A stretch of 63,703 nt of DNA, counting the filler, from Lenisia limosa (taxonomy: Eukaryota; Protista; Breviatea), in NCBI GenBank assembly GCA_001655205.1. It is 8 parts of 8 records of this genome, joined end to end, with 100 filler letters (N's around TTAATTAATTAA, not from the genome) between each part and the next. Parts side by side here need not be neighbours in the genome. Positions count along the whole stretch, not along the records: positions 1 to 4,739 come from LPNZ01005881.1; positions 4,840 to 8,802 come from LPNZ01007083.1; 6 more parts are not named here. One strand, 5' to 3'. Every line of letters starts with the position of its first letter. Positions within the stretch are counted from its first letter, which is position 1. A model generated the notes under the pieces. That model saw only the letters and a program-made list of their open reading frames with translations. It made no database searches and was not told the DNA's origin. Shown one piece after another: positions 1-8,902 of this stretch. A program made the translations under genes and the position numbers.

Positions 1-30
1 CGTGGGTTCCCAAAATGACAACCACACACA

Positions 31-574
31 GTCTCACAGCCCCCATCACTGCCATTTGCCTGATGACGAAGATCTCGAGTGGCCACAAGGAGTTCGTAAT
101 AAATACTTGGATTCATAACTATGTTGAAAAAAAAAGAAAACCACACCGAAAGATTCCCTCTTTTTGAGCACAACAGGAATTATAAAGTTGACATTATCGA
201 TGAAAAAGACCAGGAGTAATCATGATAGAGTATAATGAAGCCCTTGGAAATTGGTTCTAGAAGGTCTTTTAGAATATTTAAAAAGCCGCCAAAGGTGACA
301 TCAAGTTCGCCATGACCTGCTTCTCGGAGATCCCCTCCCACCTCACCGGTACCCACAAGAAGAACGGCAAGAGGTTGACTCTTTGCCGGCTTCACAAGTG
401 CCACCAGAAGGAGCAGTCTCTTCTGCTTCCTACCTCAGTTCTCCCCATCCTTGTCGAGTTCTGCTCGGTTTGTGGGTTCATGGTTTTTCTCCAGTTGACT
501 CTTTGCCTTATTTTCTCTACCAGAAATGGGGTTCCGCTGAGATGGCGTCTCTTTTCGTCCAGTCCACAAGGTGA
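31..574 (+). CDS. Possible multi-exon coding fragments, product unknown
   Basis: C-ending codon-biased stretches (PITAICLMTKISSGHKEF; AKGDIKFAMTCFSEIPSHLTGTHKKNGK; KWGSAEMASLFVQSTR*). I could not build a consistent splice model. Confidence 0.25.
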
Positions 575-1257
575 ACGAAGCACAGTTCTGCTCCGAGAGC
601 GTTAAGACCTGTAGCGGAGAGCTTGCTGGTAGCGATGTTGGCGGAGTCCTTGGCACCTTCTTGACGGTCCATGTTCTTGAACGAGATGATCTTGTTGGCG
701 TGGAAGACGAAAGTGATGGCATCAAAGCTGTTGTAGTCCATGAACTGAATTTGATTATTTCTTTTCAAAGTTTAAAATACAGCACAGAAAAGAATGGTCT
801 ATATTTGTATAGCCTAAAAAAAACCAACTATTGCTTTCATTCCTTTTATTAGCGCGTGTCAGCGCTGATGATCATCTTGCCATCCTTAAGATCTCCTTTC
901 GGAAACCTTGGAGGAAGATGTCGTAGTACTGTAAGGTTGATAACTGTGGACCCCCCCTAATAAAAAATTAATAAAAATATTGAGAATTAATATATATAGA
1001 AGAATACCACAATATTAACATACTTTTCTCGCAGCTGGGAGAATCTCATCCTTAATGATACGGTTCATTGTACTAACATTGTAACAAAAAAAGAGAACTT
1101 TACAATCAAAATCATTCATACCTTGAGAGTGGGGCGGCATCCATGTCAAGCTTCTCACGAAGAGACTGATTGGGAGACAAGACGACAGCACCATTCCGTG
1201 ATTTGTGACTTCTCACAATTGACGGGGAAGACTTGATAGCAAGAGGATCAAGAGTCA
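517..1257 (-). CDS. Multi-exon gene fragment, product unknown, possibly disrupted
   Basis: Exons with AG/GT borders (TLDPLAIKSSPS...DAAPLS | TMNRIIKDEILPAARK | YYDIFLQGF...) and a strongly codon-biased last exon FMDYNSFDAITFVFHANK...AEPHFW*. The 850-930 exon needs a frameshift and has no canonical donor. Confidence 0.35.
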
Positions 1258-2859
1258 CTAGAGGGGGGAGAAAGGGACGAGGAGTTTTCTCAGCTTCAAC
1301 TTGACCGTGTAAGAAAAAAAGAGGAAGCAAGCTGAGCTTACAATCTCATTAAGAAACACTTCCTAAGTACAGTAGTCAATCTTAAAATCGTGTCATTGGG
1401 TCCCCATTTTTTACCATCATGTCATGCTATTTGAATCTGGATAAATTGTGACAATATACTCATATTTATGACCTTACACTAGCACCATGACAGTACCACC
1501 TTAAATCGACAAAGAGGCCCTTCAGAGGGGAGTTGGCAACACAACTTTCAAGCATCATGAGGTTGGCTTAGCAACTCTTCAGTTTATCTGAAAAAGAACC
1601 TAATAAAGTCAAATAGAAGTCAGCAGCTCAAACAAACTGTGATCACCCTTCAAAACTCCTTGAGCAAGGACTTTCTACCAAATAGCATCTAAGAATCCTA
1701 ATTTAACCGGTACACTTTTAAAAAAACATTCAAAATTGCGTTAGTACCTTTCTAGAATATGCTGAAAAGATGCACTCACTAAAGTTAGGGTAACTAGTTG
1801 CTCTTCCTGAGCTCAGGACACCATACTGAACATTTCTTGGTCCTGCTTCACTTGATTTTGACGTAGGAAAAATTTTCGCGATTTTTGGCCATTTCCATAA
1901 AATATGACATTTCCCATTTCTGTCGGGTATACGATTGCTCATATTCCTGGATGGCATGGGGCATTTTCTCGGTTGTTTTGAGGAGGTTCCAAGGGACGAA
2001 CGAGGCATAGCCGAGTGAGAACCGAGGAACCTCTTTCAAGCAACCTTGAGAATATGGCCTCACATATGTCTGATGTCATCTAATAGTATATTATATGATA
2101 TATATTAAAAGCAAATGTGGTTCCGGAGCACAATTTGACGGCGTAAACGTTTACATCTCTCACTTTGTATTAAGTAGACAAAAAAAGTCAACATTGAATA
2201 ATGATATCTTGAAACGTGCAATAAATAGTAACAAATAAAGCGATTTAAGCGAAAAACAAAATTCAATTCACAAAAAAAACAATATTTCTCGGAGCTCTCA
2301 ATAACATTTCTAAATTTGGGATAAACTATCCAAGAATATAATAATTACTTTTCAAACATTGCATTTGATTCTACTATGAGTCAGTAATGGACTTCTGAAT
2401 CGCCCCCCCCCCNNNNNNNNNNNNNNNNNNNNNNNNNNNNNNNNNNNNNNNNNNNNNNNNNNNAATTCATGGTGTTTTGTGCCAATAATAGACAAAATGG
2501 GATTAACAATCGTTAGGTGATGTTTTTCATTCAAATTAATCGCTGCCTGTGAAACCATTAAGGAAATATCAGTCTGTAAAATAAATAATAATGAAAAAAA
2601 AACTTTTCCCATTAAAGAAACAAAAAAGTGGGGAACCCGTTGAGAATTTGAATCCTGTTGAGCTATCAACACTAATAGCTGTACGATACCTAAACAAGAT
2701 AAAATACGCAAAATAGGAAACTATTTATATTTTGGCAAAAAAAGGGTTTAAAATGTAGTACTGTGTTGAACAACGATTTGTGGAGAGAGGGGAAAAGGGT
2801 TAAATAGAAGAACATCTGATTTTGTAATCATTTCAGGGACTGTACTGGCCGCCTTGTTT

Positions 2860-3420
2860 TGATTATTACCTGACTTCTTCGGGATTCTGATTCTGTTGTA
2901 GTTTACGACTTCAGGTTCCTCCTCTTCGTCTTCATCGGAATCATCTTCGTCTTCTTCTTCGTCCTTACGGGTCTTCTTCTTAGCAGCAGGCAGGCTCTTC
3001 TTTTTCGTCTTAGGTGATGGAGGAGGAGGAGCAGGTTATAAACATCTCTTTCTGCCCATCTGTGCAATCGTAAGAATGCTATTTTCTTCTCTCTGTCTGA
3101 ACAACGCAAAATATGACTATTCAACCAAGAGTCGAAATATGTCATTTTTCCTGTTCCCGCTGGCAAATAAATATGATACATTTCAGATTTTATGACCCCG
3201 CGGCTAAAATAGTAATAATTTTCCCATACTACTAATTTCCTGCACAAGTAGAATTCATCCCAATTATTGTCACTCTCAAACTCAATAAGTTGCTGATGGC
3301 AGGGTGACAGTTTTGCAGGTCAGAAGAGGGAAGGCTCTTCTTGGCGTACAATTACTCCATTTGGGTGGTCTTCAGTTTAGGGACGGTTTCATATAAGCGA
3401 CCACGTTTACTCTTGTAGCA
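2860..3420 (-). pseudogene. Coding-like fragments with Pro/Lys-rich and acidic tracts and in-frame TAA stops
   Basis: PAPPPPSPKTKKKSLPAAKKKTRKDEEEDEDDSDEDEEEEPEVVNYNRIRIPKKS followed by a GTAATA donor; the upstream frame YKSKRGRLYETVPKLKTTQME*LYAKK is interrupted. Confidence 0.3.
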
Positions 3421-3789
3421 ATCATTTTAAGAAGTAAGTACCCCGACCCCTTTTACGGAATGATATAAGGAGGGTGGGTTATATTCAAAAAAAAATGGGG
3501 AGGAGGGTACCCTTCTGGAATCGAACCCACCCTCTCCAACAAAAAAAAATCCCATTCAATAAATTAAAAAACATGGAGTAAGGGTCGTATACTTCCATGA
3601 AAAAAAAAAAAAAAAANNNNNNNNNNNNNNNNNNNNNNNNNNNNNNNNNNNNNNNNNNNNNNNNNNNNNNGGCCTTCTGGGAATCGAACCCACTTTATCC
3701 AACAAACACACCTTGTTGGGCGTGTTGGTGACAATTGAGCCTATTCTGAAATTGACCTTTAAGGACTCCAAGGTGGATTTCTCATGTAG

Positions 3790-4090
3790 CGGACCCAAAG
3801 GCGTTGACAACCCTCACGGCCTGGCGCGCTGTTGTCATCGGTTGTCGCCAACAGCAGCCTCCTGGAGGACGGGCAGACCGGCACCGCCCAGACTAAGGTA
3901 TGAGTGATGCATATCATATAGTATTGAGGTATTGATCACTTATTGGTATTCATTGTAACCCATCAAGGTGAACGCCGCCTCGTCTGTGGACAGGAGCCAC
4001 CAGATGCCGTTCTTCGGCTCAACCGCCAAGAAGTCTCAGTACGGGGGAATCATCCTGATTTACACCCTTCACTTTCCCTGTTATAACACG
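3790..4090 (+). CDS. Possible exons of an unknown gene
   Basis: GC-rich codon-biased segments NSSLLEDGQTGTAQTK|GTATGA and AG|VNAASSVDRSHQMPFFGSTAKKSQYGGII. Confidence 0.25.
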
Positions 4091-4739
4091 TTAGGGAAGC
4101 CCCCAGGAAGATCTGCCCCAAAAAATTTTGTGGTAAGTTCAATTAGTTAAAATACACAGACTGGCTGGGAATCCGAGCCGAGTTTCAGGTTTACCAATCT
4201 GCTAATCAGATTTTCACCTCGGAGTTTTGGTCAATGCACTAACATAGGCGAATGTAAGACCTCTTGTTACTAGTTCTTTTACGGCTTTTCTCTAGTATAC
4301 TAATACAAAATTGCAAACGAAAGTTGCCAAGGAGTTGACTTTATTGGGACATTAGTTTTGTTTCTTTTCTTATTTCCCCTGTCTTTTTTATCTCTTGGTG
4401 TTAGTGATGAGTGATCACAAAAAATATACAAAAAAGCAAATAATAATAATAATAATAAAGAAACAATTGCAGCATATTATACCCATTCTTCCACAAAGAG
4501 GTTTCGCGGCTTCACGCTGGGGCTGACCGCCAGTTTCAGTGGGGTTGATGCACAAGCTTTTGCTTTCAGTTGGGTGGGGGTGTTGTCTTAAAATGACTTC
4601 CACCTCTTTTTCAAATGGTCAATCATCAAAGGAAAAAGAGGTGGACGTCATTATATTGGATGTAATAATGATAGTTTGGGGGTACACCGCCCAGTTGTGC
4701 CAACCCTCAAAATTTGATTTTTTTTTTTTTTTTTCCCCA

Positions 4740-4839
4740 NNNNNNNNNNNNNNNNNNNNNNNNNNNNNNNNNNNNNNNNNNNNTTAATTAATTAANNNNN
4801 NNNNNNNNNNNNNNNNNNNNNNNNNNNNNNNNNNNNNNN
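4740..4839. other. Artificial contig spacer N44-TTAATTAATTAA-N44
   Basis: 100-bp linker with stops in all six frames, identical at seven sites. Confidence 0.97.
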
Positions 4840-7800
4840 CGTCACTCTCCACCACGTTGTTGGCTGTGTTTTGGTCGCGCGTTTCAGTGAGGGAGGTCAG
4901 GGCTGAGGCCGTGCGTTTGAAGGACGCGGGGCCGGCTGCGGGGGTAAGAGAAGTGACGGAAGGGGGGTGCGTCAGAAGATGTTACGTATTGAATTCACAA
5001 CGATAATTAGAGGCAAACCAACCGTAAGTTTGGTCCAGTTCCTTATCTTCATTGAACGGCAAAATAGGAACAGTGACAATCTGAAGGGAGGGGGGGGGGG
5101 GNNNNNNNNNNNNNNNNNNNNNNNNNNNNNNNNNNNNNNNNNNNNNNNNNNNNNNNNNNNNNNNNNNNNNNNNNNNNNNNNNNNNNNNNNNNNNNNNNNN
5201 NNNNNNNNNNNNNNNNNNNNNNNNNNNNNNNNNNNNNNNNNNNGATTTCAGTACCAACACGGCCGGCTAACCAACCGAGAGAGCACTTCAGCTTCAGCCC
5301 GTCAAGAAGAAGGCCCTGAGTAAGCTACAAAGTTAGAAGAAGCCCTGAGTGAGATACAAAGTTGGAAGAAGCCCTGAGTGAGATACAAAGTTAGAAGAAG
5401 CCCTGAGTGAGATACAAAGTTAGAAGGGATCATGTATTTCAATAAATATTTTACTATTGCTGCTTATTTGAAAACGATGTGGACAGATTTCCGGCCAGTT
5501 GCCCCCACCTCGCAGCTGTATCCAGCACCGGACGTGTGGCTGCTGCCAGTCTCAGTGTATTCCACTGAAGTGGTGGTGTTGTCGGGTGAAATAAGGACGT
5601 CAGAACTGGAGGGGGAGGGGGGTGTGATATGGAGATTGGTTTGATNNNNNNNNNNNNNNNNNNNNNNNNNNNNNNNNNNNNNNNNNNNNNNNNNNNNNNN
5701 NNNNNNNNNNNNNNNNNNNNNNCCCCCCTCCCCCCCACCTGAATAGATCGGCTTCAATATCAATATCGAAGGCAGGGGCAAGGCCCTTGTTGGATACGAC
5801 CACCTCTAAAGTGACGTACTCGTGCGACATCGAGGCTGTGGGCCCGTTGATCTGAAGGGTCAAACGCAGGCTGCAATAACAATTTGGACATCGGGCCGAC
5901 CAGGTATATTAGTCAAGGTAGATGTAAAATCACGCAAATAAAACAACCTCACAGCCCACCTCAGTCACAATATCGGTCCAGAAGAAGACGGGGGCAGTGA
6001 AGTTTCTTTTGTTGTTTAAGTCTGAAGACTCGAGGACAATTCCGGTGGCGGCAGTGTTAACCTAGGCAGTGAGACTGGAAAATGGGTAGGGTAACATCGT
6101 TGGAGTTAACAGCACAGTATGGAATTTGCTCTTTATTTACATCAATGAGTCACATGCACCCCCCCCCCTATTTCCGTATTACATAACAGATCGGATCGGA
6201 TCGGATCGGTTGGGATTTNNNNNNNNNNNNNNNNNNNNNNNNNNNNNNNNNNNNNNNNNNNNNNNNNNTGAGCGATCCAGAAGCTCAGATCGGATCGGAT
6301 CGCAAAAAAAGAAAATAAAAGCGAAAATAAAAATAAATAAAAAAAAGTAGGAAATGGGTATCGAACCTTCCAGTTTCAATTCACATAACAGTATAACGAC
6401 CACTACACCACCAGGAAGTAAAATTTTAGCCAAACTACATTCCTTCAAAGTCTTTTTTTTTTATACAATTGGAATTCCAAAAAAACAAGTCACGTGCTCT
6501 TTGCTTTTTAGTCTTTTTGTTTTTTTATCCACCCTTTTTTCACAAGTTTTGTTATTTTGTTTCAAAATGTTAGAACCTGAAAATGTCTTAAATCGTCAAC
6601 CCCAGGAGGAGGAAGAACCTACTGAGAAGGGTGTATTGTTCACTGAAAAAGGAATTGCTTATAAAGCAATTTCTATGACTAAACGCTCATCCCCTGTTTG
6701 GAAATCATTTGCAGTTTCTAAATGCGGTAACCATTATTGTTGCATTTCTTGCAGAAAGTTGTATTCCTCGGGATGTGCTGCATCAACTATGACAAGGCAC
6801 AGATGTTCTTCACAGACAGAAACTGATGCTAATCAACCAAAGATTAATGAGCAGCGCAATAAGGTTTGTGAGGTTTAGGACGTGCTATGGTGTTCTCATT
6901 TGACATCATAATTATCGAGATTTTATTTTTTTAGAGTAACAAACGTATCCGTCTGGAGCAATTTGCTGATTGTGCAATTGAAGTGAGAAATGATTCAGAA
7001 AAAATGGCGGACTATATTGATGACGTCCGTTTTTCGCAGGAATCTGTATGCAGGGTGTATGTATGGATAATTTTAACAATACCTACCTATTATATATCGA
7101 GCAGATCAGCAGTAATGAATAATTATATATAAAAAATAATATACTTAATCCTTTTCAGGTTGTTATTGGTGAAAAACTGTCTTTTTGCACGTTGCTAAAC
7201 CTTCTTGGAGAGAAATGGTTCACACAACTTCCATGGGACTCATTCCTGTATCTGGTGAACGTTGGTTAACTTTTGATCCAATGACATTTCGACACTCTTG
7301 GGGCGAACCATATGCACCAAGCTGTTGATGGCTACGCTGAGCTATTACGTGAAGAGGTATTATGGGGAAAATACCTACATACCTGTATTTATCTCTAGCT
7401 CAAAATTTTTGATGGATTGGACGACTGAGACTAAACTCTCTTATATTTAAGATCCCCAAATGGCACCCCGCAGAATTTTCTACTGCAACCGACGGAGTAA
7501 CTATCCACAACTTCATTTGTATCCTTCACCGCCCATTCAATTGATTGGGAGGCTGGAAAGATTAATAACACAACTCTGAAATGCGAATGCTTCCCGAAGA
7601 AGCACACTGGAGATGCTCTTGCAGCAAAATTTGATGTAAGATAATAGTTTTTCATTGGCCTTACTGTTTACTATCAATTACAAGTTTATACTTCAGGAAC
7701 ATGTGGTCGAATCAGGATTGGATCCGGAAATGTGTATAAATTTGTGCCATGATAAAGCAAAGAACGCTGTCAGAGCAGGATGCCTATGCTGCGCGAAATA

Positions 7801-8660
7801 ATGCCTTTAACAAAGGTATCAAAGTAGCAAATGTGAGTGAGAGCCTGTGAATTATTGATTTGTAATGCCGCCAATATATCCACAACCGTCAGGGAACAAA
7901 TGTCTTTCTTGCAAAACGAAGAACGTATCATTCAAGAAGGATTCAAGCAAGGAACTTGTGATGAATCCATCAACTGGATGTATAACAGAAGACATGTTAT
8001 TCCTGATATTTACGCAATTGCAAAGAAAACATGGATTATCAAGATTGCAAGTGTCGATTCAGAAGCTTTATTTTCACAACTCGCCTTGACTTATACTGAT
8101 GGGCGTCCTCTAAGTCCTTCTACTGTTGATTCGCTTCTTTTTCTTTCCGAAAACTTTGACCGCACTTGGAAATTTCTGAAAGAAAATCCTGAGAAATGCA
8201 AAGCTGCGTTCACCAACGCCGGAAAAAAGTAGTTTTTGAATGTATTTTATCAACCAATTTTGGGGACTGTTATGTGTCTTGTAGTAATTATTTAATTTTG
8301 CAATACTCACCAACAAAAATAATTTAACAAACAAGCAATATTATTACTTAAAACGTAGAAAAGACAGCAAAAATGGAAATGAAAAAGGTTCATAAAAATG
8401 AGCGATCCAGCGATCCGATCTCAACCGATCCGATCCGATCCGATCTGGAGACAATTTTCATTTTTGAGCGATCCGATCCGACCCGATCCGATCCAGGAGA
8501 GATCCTCTCCAAGCGATCCTATCCTGGATCGGATCGGATCGGAGTGAAGCACTACATAACAGTCAACACACCTCAGAGGTTGCGTCATCCGGAGAGGCAT
8601 GGAGAGGAAGCTGGACGCTGACCGTGGCAAGGATCTCCTCACTACCAATGTCAAACTTGT
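4840..8660 (-). CDS. Partial multi-exon extracellular beta-sandwich (DUF11/CARDB or integrin-alpha-leg-like) surface protein
   Basis: In-phase exons ANKFDIGSEEILATVSVQLPLHASPDDATSE | VNTAATGIVLESSDLNNKRNFTAPVFFWTDIVTE | LRLTLQINGPTASMSHEYVTLEVVVSNKGLAPAFDIDIEADLF | ...TETRDQNTANNVVESD. Intron 6062-8571 hosts the hAT element. The domain call rests on motif resemblance only. Confidence 0.55.
5305..5426 (-). repeat. 29-bp tandem repeat x4 containing a branch-point-like CTAAC and a CAG acceptor
   Basis: CCCTGAG recurs at 5314, 5343, 5372 and 5401; minus-strand unit CTAACTTTGTATCTCACTCAG|GGCTTCTT. Confidence 0.9.
6352..6415 (-). other. tRNA-like relic (Pol III A and B boxes) inside the hAT 5' region
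   Basis: Minus strand TGGTGTAGTGG...GGTTCGATACC with a GTG-centred loop; stems pair poorly, so it is not a functional tRNA. Confidence 0.3.
6567..8232 (+). pseudogene. hAT transposase pseudogene (BED finger, DDE core, C-terminal dimerization domain), intron-containing
   Basis: BED-type RSSPVWKSF...CISC...STMTRH; frameshifted FDGWT-like first-Asp motif near 7410; SFTAHSID...KHTGDALA; C-terminal IPDIYAIAKK...SVDSEALFS...LSPSTVDSLLFL. Confidence 0.85.
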
Positions 8661-8802
8661 TGGCTTTTACAAGAAATTACAACATACAAAATCAAATCTG
8701 GGAGTAGTATTAAAATATAAACCACACAATGTACGCAAGGAGAATACAGCTGGAAGCAAAGGGGAAAAGACCCGCCCACTTGGCTCTGAGCATCGGAAGC
8801 GC

Positions 8803-8902
8803 NNNNNNNNNNNNNNNNNNNNNNNNNNNNNNNNNNNNNNNNNNNNTTAATTAATTAANNNNNNNNNNNNNNNNNNNNNNNNNNNNNNNNNNNNNNNNNN
8901 NN
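8803..8902. other. Artificial contig spacer
   Basis: N44-TTAATTAATTAA-N44. Confidence 0.97.

Larger units (their letters stand above)
6190..8554 (+). mobile_element. hAT-superfamily DNA transposon, decayed, left TIR deleted
   Basis: 8-bp TSD CATAACAG at 6182-6189 and 8555-8562; right end ...GGAGTGAAGCACTA; mirrored (GATCG/CGATC)n subterminal arrays at both ends; hAT transposase remnants inside. Confidence 0.9.

Noticed and set aside
571-852. Plus-strand ORF MNEAQFCSESV...
   Set aside because: Antisense shadow of the codon-biased minus-strand exon.
2860-3420. In-frame TAA suggesting a TAR=Gln genetic code
   Set aside because: Well-supported genes end in TAA (PUF60-like, Tc1 TKY*), TAG (LRRC74-like) and TGA (helicase), and their exons lack internal TAR; decay is the simpler explanation.
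4784-4795. Recurrent TTAATTAATTAA palindrome (seven times)
   Set aside because: Always centred in exactly 44+44 Ns; an artificial six-frame-stop contig linker, not biology.
5090-5101. G runs next to N gaps as telomeres or G-quadruplex arrays
   Set aside because: No telomeric repeat unit; they sit at splice-site homopolymers where sequencing fails, so their lengths are unreliable.
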